This document shows, one piece after another, positions 36,021 to 45,816 of a stretch of 54,567 nt of DNA; position 1 is the first letter of the stretch; each line of letters begins with the position of its first letter. The position numbers were made by a program, and so were the translations under genes. The DNA is from a virus. Lineage: Duplodnaviria; Caudoviricetes. The notes under the pieces are model-generated. The model was not told the origin of the DNA. It did no database searches and worked only from the letters and a program-made list of their open reading frames with translations. The DNA is taken from positions 1 to 54,567 of IMG/VR virus record IMGVR_UViG_3300045141_000365. One strand, given 5' to 3'.

Positions 36021-36343
36021 GCTGCCTTTTTTCCTTGTGGTAAAAGCCCCAGGCGTTTTGCCTTGTTTCGGAAGCAGGCAATGGACATACCGTAAAGCGT
36101 GGCGCTCCTGGTGATATTTCCATGGGTGAGGCTGAGCAATTCCGCCATGCGGCTCTTTTCCCGGGCCAGCCATGGCCAGAGGCCGAATTCCATGGCCTTC
36201 TTTTTTACTTGCTCCCGGGAAACGCCCAGGGTTCGCGCTGTCTTCAGGATGTTGCCACGATTGGCCGCCAGCACTGACTCCAGTTTCTCTTTGGTTAAAC
36301 TCACAACCCCACTCTGCCACATTGAGTCTTGACTTACAAGCAA
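36017..36343 (-). CDS. Tandem Fis-type HTH protein
   Basis: L..NRGNILKTARTLGVSREQV..K...FGL and L..THGNITRSATLYGMS...FRNK..RLGL. Confidence 0.7.
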   Translation of the reverse strand: MLVSQDSMWQSGVVSLTKEKLESVLAANRGNILKTARTLGVSREQVKKKAMEFGLWPWLAREKSRMAELLSLTHGNITRSATLYGMSIACFRNKAKRLGLLPQGKKAA

Positions 36344-36648
36344 AAACTACTAGTCTGGATTGCGTGCCCCGGACCATTGAACAACAGTCGCGCTTCCAAA
36401 AAGATCTCAAGGCGTTGCTCAACCGCTATTCCATGGAGAACGAGAGCGACACCCCGGACTACATACTGGCCACTTACCTTGCTCAATGCCTGGAAGCCTT
36501 TGAGTTTGCGGTGCGAACCCGGGAGGTTTGGTATGGGCGGCCCAAGCCCAGAAGAAAAGACAAGTGGAACCTCGCGCCACCAACGGAAATCGGTGATCCG
36601 TACAAAGTTCCGGATTCACCATCGCAACGAAAGGAAAGCAGCACATGA
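36322..36648 (+). CDS. Hypothetical phage protein (start uncertain)
   Basis: LLNRYSMENESDTPDYILATYL...REVWYGR motif. Confidence 0.6.
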   Translation: MSLDLQAKTTSLDCVPRTIEQQSRFQKDLKALLNRYSMENESDTPDYILATYLAQCLEAFEFAVRTREVWYGRPKPRRKDKWNLAPPTEIGDPYKVPDSPSQRKESST

Positions 36649-37577
36649 AGAAATCGATTCAGGAATTCTGCAATTGGGTGAAGGCCCACCCTTACACCGC
36701 CTGCCTGTTCTCCGCCCTCACAGCCGCCCTGGCTGCTTGGGACGGAACCAGACCGTACTTGGTGGTTTCTGATTTATGGGCCTGGGCCATCCTGCTGGCG
36801 GGGGTGGCGCTTGTCATTTACATCGACACCTCGCGGCTGTTTCGCCTGCTCATGGTCTCGCTCACCATTGGCTCTCTTCTCTTCCAGCCCAAAGCTCGCG
36901 CCGTAGAACGTCAGCCCGCCGCAGCCGGAGCCATCGTGGCGATCGTGGTGGTGGTGGTGGGTGGCATCATTGTGTTCCGGGTCATTCGCTTTTGTGATCG
37001 TGTCTTTCCCCGTACTCCGCCAGCTCAGAACACGAACAACCCCCCTGAGTTTGCCTTTGGTCCCGCGCATAGCTACGCCATGGCCACCACCTGCACAACA
37101 TTCGGTTCCTGCTACACAGCCCCGAGCCTGTTGGCCGAAAACAATGATCCAACAGTGGTGGAGCTGTCTGGAGCCATTGAGGAAACGAGCCAGGGGACGC
37201 TCGCCTTCCGGATGCAGACAACGACAAAGCTCAATTCCACCAACGATACGGTGAGCCTGTCTGAATTCGAGCGGGGCATGGCTGAGTGGGGAGTGCGCTT
37301 TGGTTCCGCTGGTGAAGTGTTCTACGGTCTTGACGGCCAACCCAGCAGCCCGGATCTAGTACCCATCACGGCGCAACTCAATGGGTTCAACAGTGCCGTG
37401 AATGCCTGTGACCCAGCGTGGGAGCATCTACCAGTTGTGTTTGAGCGATCAGCGGACCTGCTGCATTGGGAGCCCATTCTGACGGTCACGGTCAACGTGG
37501 GGCAGCAGATCAGCTTCTCGGACGCCACCTACGAGGGGCAGATGTTCTACCGGGGGAGAACAGTGGTGGGGGATTGA
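36645..37577 (+). CDS. Membrane protein with Verrucomicrobia-type C-terminal motif
   Basis: About four TM segments; ends FERSADLLHWEPI...FSD...QMFYRG. Confidence 0.65.
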   Translation: MKKSIQEFCNWVKAHPYTACLFSALTAALAAWDGTRPYLVVSDLWAWAILLAGVALVIYIDTSRLFRLLMVSLTIGSLLFQPKARAVERQPAAAGAIVAIVVVVVGGIIVFRVIRFCDRVFPRTPPAQNTNNPPEFAFGPAHSYAMATTCTTFGSCYTAPSLLAENNDPTVVELSGAIEETSQGTLAFRMQTTTKLNSTNDTVSLSEFERGMAEWGVRFGSAGEVFYGLDGQPSSPDLVPITAQLNGFNSAVNACDPAWEHLPVVFERSADLLHWEPILTVTVNVGQQISFSDATYEGQMFYRGRTVVGD

Positions 37578-37578
37578 C

Positions 37579-37983
37579 TTGAAGCCGTCTGACTTTGAAC
37601 TCATCGCCCGAAAGCTCCCCATCAGTGAAGCCACCAGAAGGCGCAATCAGGCTGGTCCTGTGGGGCCACCTGCCACCGACGCGCAATCGCCTCAAAGGAG
37701 CGCACTGGAGCGTGTTCACCAGGGAGAAAAGGAGAGTGGCGATGGCAATGTCCAAAGCGATCAACCTTGTCGTTATAGAGTCGTCATTACGGTCTACTCA
37801 GTCAGGCCAGCCGATTGGGACGGATGGCACTGCAAGGAGATTCTCGATTGCGTCTGCAAAGCTGGTTTCATGGATGACGACGATTGGCGTATTTGCCCAA
37901 CAGGGACAGTCACCTCCCGTAAGGTTTGCACGAAAGAAGAGGAAAGGACTGTCGTAGAGGTGATTCCGATATGGGAACCTTGA
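37579..37983 (+). CDS. RusA-like Holliday junction resolvase (catalytic half)
   Basis: DWDG..CKEILD.V.KAGFMDDDD matches the RusA D-D..K..D...D pattern. Confidence 0.6.
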   Translation: MKPSDFELIARKLPISEATRRRNQAGPVGPPATDAQSPQRSALERVHQGEKESGDGNVQSDQPCRYRVVITVYSVRPADWDGWHCKEILDCVCKAGFMDDDDWRICPTGTVTSRKVCTKEEERTVVEVIPIWEP

Positions 37984-38639
37984 TTAATTTAACTGGGAAA
38001 AGATTCGGCAGATGGGAGGTGCTGGGGCGCGGCACATTTGTTGGTGCGATTCTTTGGAATTGCAAATGTGATTGTGGAGTTGAGGCGCTTGTTCCTGGAC
38101 CTTCATTGAGAGATGGGGAAAGCAGATCGTGCGGGTGCCTTCAGCGAGAGCTAACCTCCAAGAGAAGCAAACTTCAAAAACCTCGGCCGGTATCGCGCAG
38201 AGCCTCGGAGTTTTGGAGCAAGGTGTCCAAGAAGTACGTTGGCGGAAATTGCTGGATATGGACGGGGCTTAAAAACAACATGGGCTACGGTCGGTTTCAT
38301 TACAATACCAAGGCAATACTGGCTCATCGCTTTTCGTGGTTTCTCCATACTGGCAAAATGCCATCTAAATTCGTGCTTCATAAATGTGATACGCCGCTTT
38401 GTGTGAACCCGTGTCATTTATTTGAAGGCACAGCCATGGACAACACTCATGACAAAATGGCTAAGGGGAGACAGCCTAAAACTTTACCCGGGGCCTGCAA
38501 GACCAATGACAACATGGTGCGCTTGCTTCGCAGGCTGTGGGTGCCTTATAAAGTGTCCATGGCAACACTTGCTCAACAGTTCAACCTCAATGTCTCAACA
38601 GTGGAAAGCGCTATCTATAAGCGAAAGGGAGTGATTTAA
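37971..38639 (+). CDS. HNH endonuclease
   Basis: LTGKRFGRW, CKCDCG, SCGC, CWIWTG, HKCDTPLCVNPCHL. Confidence 0.9.
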   Translation: MGTLINLTGKRFGRWEVLGRGTFVGAILWNCKCDCGVEALVPGPSLRDGESRSCGCLQRELTSKRSKLQKPRPVSRRASEFWSKVSKKYVGGNCWIWTGLKNNMGYGRFHYNTKAILAHRFSWFLHTGKMPSKFVLHKCDTPLCVNPCHLFEGTAMDNTHDKMAKGRQPKTLPGACKTNDNMVRLLRRLWVPYKVSMATLAQQFNLNVSTVESAIYKRKGVI

Positions 38640-38640
38640 A

Positions 38641-39333
38641 GTGAGAATGAAATCTCGCACTGATTTTCCGCCCGGCCAGTGGTGCTACCTCCAGCCACAA
38701 ACTGGATGGAATGCTATTCCAGGATCATTTGATGCCGTGGTGCGTCAAGTCATCGGGCACCGGGCCGGAAATCGCGCCATTACCAAACAATACAATTTGC
38801 CCACTGATTACGAAGCAGTTGGAAATGAAGTAGACGAGTTTAACGCCTTGCGATGTGTAGCCGCTGGCTGGAACAACTTTGTGATCGAGGCTCCCCCACC
38901 GTCTTTTCGAGCGCCCACACCGTTCAAGCGCCTGTCAAACGCTGTTGTGGGAGGTAGCCGCAGAATTGTGGCAGGAGTCAAGGCAATCGCGCTTTGGCTG
39001 GGAGACGGACTGAAACCGGTGTCACAGGAGCTGGCAGAGCGGAGGGCTGCTGTTTGCGCCGTGTGCCCAGCCAATGTAGATCCGAACTTCGTAGAAAAAC
39101 TTTCAGCAGTGGGTGCGGCGGAAGTCAAAACCATGATGGCCATCAAGCATGATCTTACCTTGAAAACGCCTCACGATGACAAACTTTACAGTTGCCGTGC
39201 GTGCGGGTGCTGGAACCCATTGTCTGTGTGGTGCAAGCTCGACCATATCACTGCTACGATGTCACCAGAGGTTCGATCCAAGTTGGACCCAAGTTGCTGG
39301 AAAACCGCTGAGCTTAGACCGCAAGACGAATGA
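38641..39333 (+). CDS. Cys-rich Zn-binding hypothetical protein
   Basis: RAAVCAVCPAN, CRACGC, SCW. Confidence 0.65.
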   Translation: MRMKSRTDFPPGQWCYLQPQTGWNAIPGSFDAVVRQVIGHRAGNRAITKQYNLPTDYEAVGNEVDEFNALRCVAAGWNNFVIEAPPPSFRAPTPFKRLSNAVVGGSRRIVAGVKAIALWLGDGLKPVSQELAERRAAVCAVCPANVDPNFVEKLSAVGAAEVKTMMAIKHDLTLKTPHDDKLYSCRACGCWNPLSVWCKLDHITATMSPEVRSKLDPSCWKTAELRPQDE

Positions 39334-40073
39334 AGACGCACGGGTTTTACGGAACTCCAACGTATAATTCATGGCGGTCTATGCATGATCGTTGTGAGCG
39401 TCCGGAAACAAACGGTTATCACAATTACGGAGGCCGTGGCATTTCGGTGTGTCCAGAATGGAAAACATTCACGGCATTCCTGAAGGACATGGGGAAGCGG
39501 CCAGAAGGAATGGTGATCGACAGGATTGACAACAATGGGAATTACTCTGCTTCCAATTGCAGGTGGGTAACACGTTCCCAAAGCTCACGCAATCGAAGGT
39601 GTGTTCGGATTATTTATGTTCCCGGTGAGACGGGAGGGCAACGTAAAAATCGGGTCCATAAGGATTGGATTTTCAGAAACAGGGAGCGCCGAAATGCCTA
39701 CATGAAGGCATACATACAGAAAAATCATGCGCATCACACGATAACGCATCGAGCATGGAGGCTTAAAAATTTAGACCGTCGCAATGCCAGTGCCAGAAAA
39801 TACCGTGCTTCCCATAAGGAGTTAATAGCACAGCGATGTAGGGACTGGTATAGAAAAAACCGGAAGCGGGTTATTAAAAAAGCCAAGGAATACCGACTCA
39901 AAAACGCAGACCACGTTAAGGCCAGAATGCGTGAGTACCACAAGAATGTATACTACCCTAAAAACAGAAGCAGGCTTCTGGCCCAAACCAAGGCATACGC
40001 TCTTTCTCATCCAGAAATCCGACTCAAATGCCGACTCAATCGAGAAGCTAAACTTAAGGCCCAAACTCAATGA
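39330..40073 (+). CDS. HNH endonuclease with basic helical C-terminal repeats
   Basis: YHNYGGRGISVC, IDRIDNNGNYSASNCRW. Confidence 0.85.
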   Translation: MKTHGFYGTPTYNSWRSMHDRCERPETNGYHNYGGRGISVCPEWKTFTAFLKDMGKRPEGMVIDRIDNNGNYSASNCRWVTRSQSSRNRRCVRIIYVPGETGGQRKNRVHKDWIFRNRERRNAYMKAYIQKNHAHHTITHRAWRLKNLDRRNASARKYRASHKELIAQRCRDWYRKNRKRVIKKAKEYRLKNADHVKARMREYHKNVYYPKNRSRLLAQTKAYALSHPEIRLKCRLNREAKLKAQTQ

Positions 40074-40450
40074 AACTCAACCTGCCGTTCTTTAAGAAAC
40101 AACTCCCGGAGCAACCCCGCATGATGACTCAGATCGAAGTGGAGCAAGTCCATGCAATGCTGGTGGCCATCGTGACGGGCCAGACTCCCATCAAGTTTTC
40201 CAAGCTCAAGGCTGGGGAGCCGAATCCCCTCCAAATGATGGCGGAAGTGTTTGCGTACATATTGCGCCATCCCCACGGCAAGCAGGTGGCCGCTGTGATT
40301 GAGGATCTGCGTTCCAAGCTGGACCAATGGGCCAAAGAGAACGCGCATGATGAAGCCCAGGAGAAGATCATCGACATGATCCAGCAGAATTACGCCACGC
40401 CTCCTTCGGACATAATTCCGCCACCCACCAACCGGCATGGGGCCGCGTGA
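40070..40450 (+). CDS. Hypothetical protein
   Basis: Coupled on both sides. Confidence 0.6.
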   Translation: MKLNLPFFKKQLPEQPRMMTQIEVEQVHAMLVAIVTGQTPIKFSKLKAGEPNPLQMMAEVFAYILRHPHGKQVAAVIEDLRSKLDQWAKENAHDEAQEKIIDMIQQNYATPPSDIIPPPTNRHGAA

Positions 40451-41973
40451 GTCTAATTTGCGTCCTGGCCTTCTTTGACGGGGATGTGGGGCTCGCCAAA
40501 GAGCTTCTGACGTGGTGTGAGGAATTAGGCAGGTGCCACAACCATGATGCTCTGCTGGTCGTGGACGATGCTACCCAATGGGATCAGGCGTCTGAAGCTA
40601 TCACTCTTGCTGGAAAAGTATTTCGCTCCGTCACCACGATCTTTGTGCCTTCCGTGCAGGGCTGGATACCTGGATCGGTGGCGCTCTGGTCTGCGGCCGC
40701 GCAGTGGTGCGAGAAGAAAGGCCAGCCATGGTTCTTCCTCGAACCGGACGCCGTGCCCCTGGAGTCGGGTTGGCTCGACAAGATCGACGAGGTTTACAAG
40801 CTGGTCGGAAAGCCATTCATGGGTGCCATCATTAAAGGCACCGATCCACGGCATCCACCTTGGTTCCTCGAAGGTGTGTGCTGTTATCCCGCCGATGCGT
40901 GGAGCCGCATGAAGGATTGCGTTACTTCAAAAGAATCATGGGTGACATCGTGCGCGGCCATTGTTGCACCACAGGCGGCCAATACGCCCCTCATTCATCA
41001 GTTCTGGGGCTCCGAAGGCATCCCCCCTCGTTTCGTCGCTGTGCGAACCGCCAGCTCAGCGCCACAAGACTGGACCCTGGATTATCTACGCAAAGGCGCT
41101 GTGATCTTTCACCGGGAAAAAACTGGAGAATTGATTTGGCTTCTGCGCCGAAGGCTTAATCCTGACGCCTTGGATTACACTCGGCCACCTGCTTTCGTTC
41201 AGATGGGGCGCATCGGTGACCTGATCCTCCTGATGCCGGCATGGCAGGCGTGGGCGGAGCGCAGTGGCCGCAAGACTGTGGTGGTTACCAGCAAGGAATT
41301 CGGACAGGTGCTGGAGGGTGGAAGCTACATCCAGCCGATCCTCCTGCCATTCTCATGGTATGAGGCCGGCAAGGCCCGGCAATGGGCCCAGGTGCGTTAC
41401 GGCAGCGTGATTGTGACTCAGCTTCATGGCACCGGCCTTCACACCCCTCCGGACGATCTGCCCAGCTTCAGCCTGACCATGTGGCGAAGGACGGGGCTCG
41501 CGGAGGAGTATCACAACCTGCCACTGGTGTTCGATCAGCGTAACCCAAACCGGGAGGCGAACCTGATTGCTCGAACGTTGACGAATGCGAAGCCGTTTGT
41601 GCTGATAAAAACTGATGGTTGGACCTCCCCATTTGACCACGCCAACGAAGTCAGAGCCATTATGCGGGATGTGTTCCGGGACGAGGTGCAGGTCATCAAT
41701 CTGGACAAGATTGTGGCGCACCGTGTCTTTGATCTGTTGGGCCTTTTTGACAAAGCTGTGGGAGTCGTCACAACCGACACGATGACCCTTCACCTAGCTT
41801 CTGCGTCCCCCACTGAGTACGTGGCCTTCACTCGCGACGATGGCCAGTCTGGGTCCATCCCTAAAGGGAATTGCTGTCTGCAAATTGGCTACTCGCAATG
41901 GCACCACCAGCAGTACGCGTTTGAGCTTCAAATGAAGCTGTGGCTGGCCAAGGCGTATCGAACAGCAGGCTAA
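40447..41973 (+). CDS. Two-domain glycosyltransferase (GT-A-like plus GT9 heptosyltransferase-like)
   Basis: FFLEPDAVP DxD-like motif; GRIGDLILLMPA and VTTDTMTLHLASA (GT9 signatures). Confidence 0.7.
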   Translation: MSLICVLAFFDGDVGLAKELLTWCEELGRCHNHDALLVVDDATQWDQASEAITLAGKVFRSVTTIFVPSVQGWIPGSVALWSAAAQWCEKKGQPWFFLEPDAVPLESGWLDKIDEVYKLVGKPFMGAIIKGTDPRHPPWFLEGVCCYPADAWSRMKDCVTSKESWVTSCAAIVAPQAANTPLIHQFWGSEGIPPRFVAVRTASSAPQDWTLDYLRKGAVIFHREKTGELIWLLRRRLNPDALDYTRPPAFVQMGRIGDLILLMPAWQAWAERSGRKTVVVTSKEFGQVLEGGSYIQPILLPFSWYEAGKARQWAQVRYGSVIVTQLHGTGLHTPPDDLPSFSLTMWRRTGLAEEYHNLPLVFDQRNPNREANLIARTLTNAKPFVLIKTDGWTSPFDHANEVRAIMRDVFRDEVQVINLDKIVAHRVFDLLGLFDKAVGVVTTDTMTLHLASASPTEYVAFTRDDGQSGSIPKGNCCLQIGYSQWHHQQYAFELQMKLWLAKAYRTAG

Positions 41974-43178
41974 AGAAGCTTGGCGATGGCTGACGCTTCA
42001 GCCTCGAAGGAAACGGTTTCACAAAATCTTTGGTGCAAGGTCTGGGCCATGCGCTGGTTGTTCTCGACCTCCATCGCCCAGCGAAGATTGGCTCTGTCGG
42101 TGTCTTCGTGGCCACTCACGAACAGGCAGGTTTCCCGGTGTTGCAGGAACTTATAGGCTGACAGCTTTTCGTAGGCGGTTTGCTCCACGATCGGTGGCCG
42201 TCCCATGGCCGCCAAGCAGTGAACCACAAATCCGTATCCTTCTGGTGGGGAGCGCTTGATGTGAACCGCCATGTTGCAAAGGCGCATCAGCTCGGCAATT
42301 TGCTTATGTGACCCCGGCTCGCCTTGGTTCCATCGCAAATCAGGCCACTTGCTCCGGTCCTTTAGTTCTGGTCGCCCCATGCGGTCAAAGCAGGTGTCCA
42401 GGATTACGTCCATTTCCACATGCACGTCTGGCGGAGGAGTCCCCAAGCCATGGCAGAGAGCGATGTAACCAAACCCGTTACAATAGCCATGGTATCGGTT
42501 CCACGTTTCCCACGGGCTCCCGCGCTCCCTGTGGTGATGGATAAAGTTCAAGAAGGTTCGCAGCACGGCCTTGGTGCCACAGATGTTTCCCATTTGTCCG
42601 GGCCACCACGTTAATGGTTCACTGTACTTGTAAAGCTCTAGGTCGAATTCAGGATGAAAAAGGATACAGGGCTTTGAGTCTTTGAACTGATCGTAGTAAA
42701 CCTGCGTGGCCATGAGCCCAATGTCCCAGTTGGCGGGATCGGTACATTCTAGCCCATTTCCAATGTAGCGAATGATCTTGGCCTTGGGACAAACATCGCG
42801 TCTCAGGCTGGCGAATCGCTGTTCGTTTCGGTCGGTTGTGCAAACCAGGTAATCCACCTCGTTCACACGATCGAAGGGCAGCCAGCGAAACTTGAGATTG
42901 TCCTGATCGAAGTAGGAGAGTCCCGCGTCACTCTTCTGCCAGGAAAATTCATGGGGCACCTGGGCCGCCAGATCTGTTTCGATGTCCGGACCCTTGCAGA
43001 GGTTGCCTAGCGCTTCAGCCTCAATGGGATGGTAGTAGTAGCCACGATCGTACCATTCCCGGCCTTCCGGCCTGTAGAGGTTGATCCCCAATCGTCGCTC
43101 GAAAAGGTAAACCAGAGCCTGGGATAACTGTGAATGATGTGGATCGTGAAGGGCTTTCAGCATTAGATCTTCATCCAC
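41970..43178 (-). CDS. GT-B glycosyltransferase
   Basis: AVHIK...EGYGFVVHCLAAMGRPPI. Confidence 0.65.
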   Translation of the reverse strand: MDEDLMLKALHDPHHSQLSQALVYLFERRLGINLYRPEGREWYDRGYYYHPIEAEALGNLCKGPDIETDLAAQVPHEFSWQKSDAGLSYFDQDNLKFRWLPFDRVNEVDYLVCTTDRNEQRFASLRRDVCPKAKIIRYIGNGLECTDPANWDIGLMATQVYYDQFKDSKPCILFHPEFDLELYKYSEPLTWWPGQMGNICGTKAVLRTFLNFIHHHRERGSPWETWNRYHGYCNGFGYIALCHGLGTPPPDVHVEMDVILDTCFDRMGRPELKDRSKWPDLRWNQGEPGSHKQIAELMRLCNMAVHIKRSPPEGYGFVVHCLAAMGRPPIVEQTAYEKLSAYKFLQHRETCLFVSGHEDTDRANLRWAMEVENNQRMAQTLHQRFCETVSFEAEASAIAKLL

Positions 43179-43825
43179 GAACAGACGGCCACGGTTTGCT
43201 GCTCAATGGCGGGGTCAAGGGGGACTTGGGCTGCTTCCTCCCGGGAGATGGCCTTCCATGGTTTGCCCTGCTGGGGGTGATCGTTGTAATAAAAGTCTAA
43301 GGCCAGACAACGAAAGTCCAAGGAGTCAGCCAGCCGATTAAATTCATACAGATCAGCGCCAGTGATATTGGCGTACTGGTTTTCCACCAACCCACCCAGT
43401 CCGAATGGAAACGTAAGGAACACAAACTGGGTGGCCCGGCAGAACATCTGCCTGGCTATGAAGTATCGTTCCTCCCGATAGTTCGGAGCCTTGTAGGTGG
43501 AGATCCCACAGTGTTCCAGTGCTGATATGGAGAAAACCAGATCGTACCCGGGAAGCAGGATTCTACGGAAATTACCGACATGGTATTCATCCAGAAGCAA
43601 AGCCGTGTCGGGGTCCTCCAGCACATCAATGCCCTCGTATCTGCCGGGAAAAATAGCCTTGGCCTGCCGGGCGTAGTGGGCATGGCTGTGATGTGCCCCC
43701 ACGTCCAGCATGGAACTGGATTTATCAAAGCGGCTGGAGAACATGCGCAGAAAGTCACACAGCGCCACATCCTCCACGTCGTGTGCGTTTTTTTTCTTCA
43801 GTTCGATGGCGGAAAGATCGATCAC
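43163..43825 (-). CDS. Class I SAM-dependent methyltransferase
   Basis: MLDVGA, YDLVFSISALEHCG, FLTFPFG. Confidence 0.8.
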   Translation of the reverse strand: MIDLSAIELKKKNAHDVEDVALCDFLRMFSSRFDKSSSMLDVGAHHSHAHYARQAKAIFPGRYEGIDVLEDPDTALLLDEYHVGNFRRILLPGYDLVFSISALEHCGISTYKAPNYREERYFIARQMFCRATQFVFLTFPFGLGGLVENQYANITGADLYEFNRLADSLDFRCLALDFYYNDHPQQGKPWKAISREEAAQVPLDPAIEQQTVAVCSWMKI

Positions 43826-44508
43826 AAAACCCTAAACGGAAGCGGATTCTCGAAGCAAAAGTAACCTTGCGGTGATGGGTGTTCATTGAAGATAATTCTC
43901 AGGACATTTCGGATCGGTTCAATGCCTCGGTGGTGTTCGCCTATGATCCACTTGATGCTTCGCAACAGCTCCGGGTCTGATTCTTCAAACATCGGATACT
44001 CATTGTTTTCGCCGTCTGACTTTAAGCACCACACCTTGGGGACGCCTTCCATAACGTCTTTGAGGCTCATACTTCTGGCCACCACATGCTGGGTGTGGCT
44101 TTGTGGCATTCCGGTCACATTTCCGATCCACCGATGTATTCGACCGGATTCAGTGGACTCGTCCCCGTACGGAATAACAACTGTTGGTTCGGATTTTTTC
44201 CACACAGCTCCGCGTAGCAATGTGACACGATCCTGAAGCCCGTTCAGCTCGACATTCTTCATGAACTGAACTTGATTTTCTGGGATAGGTTCAACCGCAA
44301 TGACACGGCATTGGTGGTATTTCTGTAGTGCCCACAAACTGAAGCCTCCGATATGGCTCCCGATGTCCAGCACGAAGCTTCCCGGCTCGTAGCCATCCAT
44401 GTTGGGCAGCATGTATTCAGTGCGACAGGAGCGCACTACATCCGAGTCGTTGGTGGAATCCCTGACGAAGAACTTCTGTCCTTCGATTTCCAGAAGTGAT
44501 TCGGTCAT
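43822..44508 (-). CDS. FkbM-family methyltransferase
   Basis: VLDIGSHIGGFS, VIAVEP, LKSDGENNEY, IIGEHH. Confidence 0.85.
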   Translation of the reverse strand: MTESLLEIEGQKFFVRDSTNDSDVVRSCRTEYMLPNMDGYEPGSFVLDIGSHIGGFSLWALQKYHQCRVIAVEPIPENQVQFMKNVELNGLQDRVTLLRGAVWKKSEPTVVIPYGDESTESGRIHRWIGNVTGMPQSHTQHVVARSMSLKDVMEGVPKVWCLKSDGENNEYPMFEESDPELLRSIKWIIGEHHRGIEPIRNVLRIIFNEHPSPQGYFCFENPLPFRVL

Positions 44509-44834
44509 GCTGCCACCGCCGTTGGCGCTTTAGGCCATGCTTTCTTCGCACGCAACCAGGCTTCCGCGTGATCCCGGGGTGTGGCGCCCAGCAGGGTGCC
44601 TCCCAGCTTGGTCAGGAAGCTTCGGTAGGCATCCAGTTCGTGCTGGCTGAAGCCCTGCCGCGCTTCATACGTGGCGTTTAAGTCCTTGTGGAATTTGGGC
44701 ACAATCAGCGCCATGGAGCCGCTCATGACGGTGCCATGCTTGTCCGGGGGCCGGCTCCAAATATTATTCGGGGTCACTTTGTAACCAAGCGCCAAAGCGA
44801 TGCGCTTGTCGATTTCAGGACCAGTCATTTCCAT
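44505..44834 (-). CDS. Hypothetical protein
   Basis: EIDKRIALALGY...PKFHKDLNA...ATPRDHAEAWL. Confidence 0.6.
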   Translation of the reverse strand: MEMTGPEIDKRIALALGYKVTPNNIWSRPPDKHGTVMSGSMALIVPKFHKDLNATYEARQGFSQHELDAYRSFLTKLGGTLLGATPRDHAEAWLRAKKAWPKAPTAVAA

Positions 44835-45816
44835 AAGCCAACTGTGCGTTGCGGACCATTTCTTTGACAAGATTATTGAAGTCCTGCTGGGTTGGATCGT
44901 ACCCCAGGTCCTGCTTGGCCTTCGAGGGGTCTGCCAGCAGCATGTTGACTTCGGCGGGCCGGACAAATTCGGCGGAAGTCTTTACGTAATCCTTGTAGTC
45001 ATCGATCCCTACCGCTGCAAAAGCCAGGGTCAAAAAATCAGAGATGCTATGGGCCACCCCGGAGCCAATCACGTAGTCCTCTGGCTTTTCCCGGGCCAGG
45101 ATCTTCGGGAGCATTGTGACAGAATAGCGGGCATCGTTCCAGTCCCGCTTGGCCTGAAGGTTCCCCAGCACCAAAGGCTCCGGCGTTAATCCTTTCTTCA
45201 AGTCGCGAGCAATGCGGGCCACACCCTGGGCGATCTTTTGCGTGACAAAGGCTGAGCCACGGCGCGGGGATTCCATGTTGAAGAGAATCGCGTTGCAGCA
45301 AAAAAGATCGTAGGACTCCCGGTAGTTGATGGTCATCCAATACCCGAACAACTTTGAGACACCGTACGGGGATCGTGGGTAGAACGGGGTGGCTTCATTC
45401 TGGGGGGTCTCCCGGACCATACCGAATAATTCAGAACTGGAGAACTGAAGGAATTTGCAATAAGGCACCACCTTCCGAATGATTTCCAGGCAATGGAGCA
45501 CCCCTTTGGCGGTTGCGTCCACGGTGGCGATGGGGTATTCCCACGATTCCCCAACGTGGCTTTGAGCGGCCGCGTTATACAACTCGTCTGGATGGATTTC
45601 ATTGGCCAATCGCTCCAATGAATAAGGGTCCGTGACATCACCCTTGACCAAGTGAAAATTGGGATGGGTGAGGCATCTCTTGAGCAATGACTTTTCCGGG
45701 GTGAAGCAGGTGTTACGGCGAACCATGGCGTAAACCTGATATCCCAAATCCAACAGGTGTTCGGAAAGATAGCTTCCGCATTGCCCAGTGGCTCCTGTGA
45801 TCAGTGCGCGTTTCAT
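44815..45816 (-). CDS. gmd: GDP-mannose 4,6-dehydratase
   Basis: ALITGATGQCGSYL, YNAAAQSHV, SSELFG, PRSPYGVSK, GNLQAKRDW, RPAEV. Confidence 0.93.
   Translation of the reverse strand: MKRALITGATGQCGSYLSEHLLDLGYQVYAMVRRNTCFTPEKSLLKRCLTHPNFHLVKGDVTDPYSLERLANEIHPDELYNAAAQSHVGESWEYPIATVDATAKGVLHCLEIIRKVVPYCKFLQFSSSELFGMVRETPQNEATPFYPRSPYGVSKLFGYWMTINYRESYDLFCCNAILFNMESPRRGSAFVTQKIAQGVARIARDLKKGLTPEPLVLGNLQAKRDWNDARYSVTMLPKILAREKPEDYVIGSGVAHSISDFLTLAFAAVGIDDYKDYVKTSAEFVRPAEVNMLLADPSKAKQDLGYDPTQQDFNNLVKEMVRNAQLAYGNDWS

Noticed and set aside
35694-36422. 242-aa ORF as a single gene
   Set aside because: Its upstream half overlaps the Fis-like gene in another frame; a coupled GTG start at 36020 fits better.
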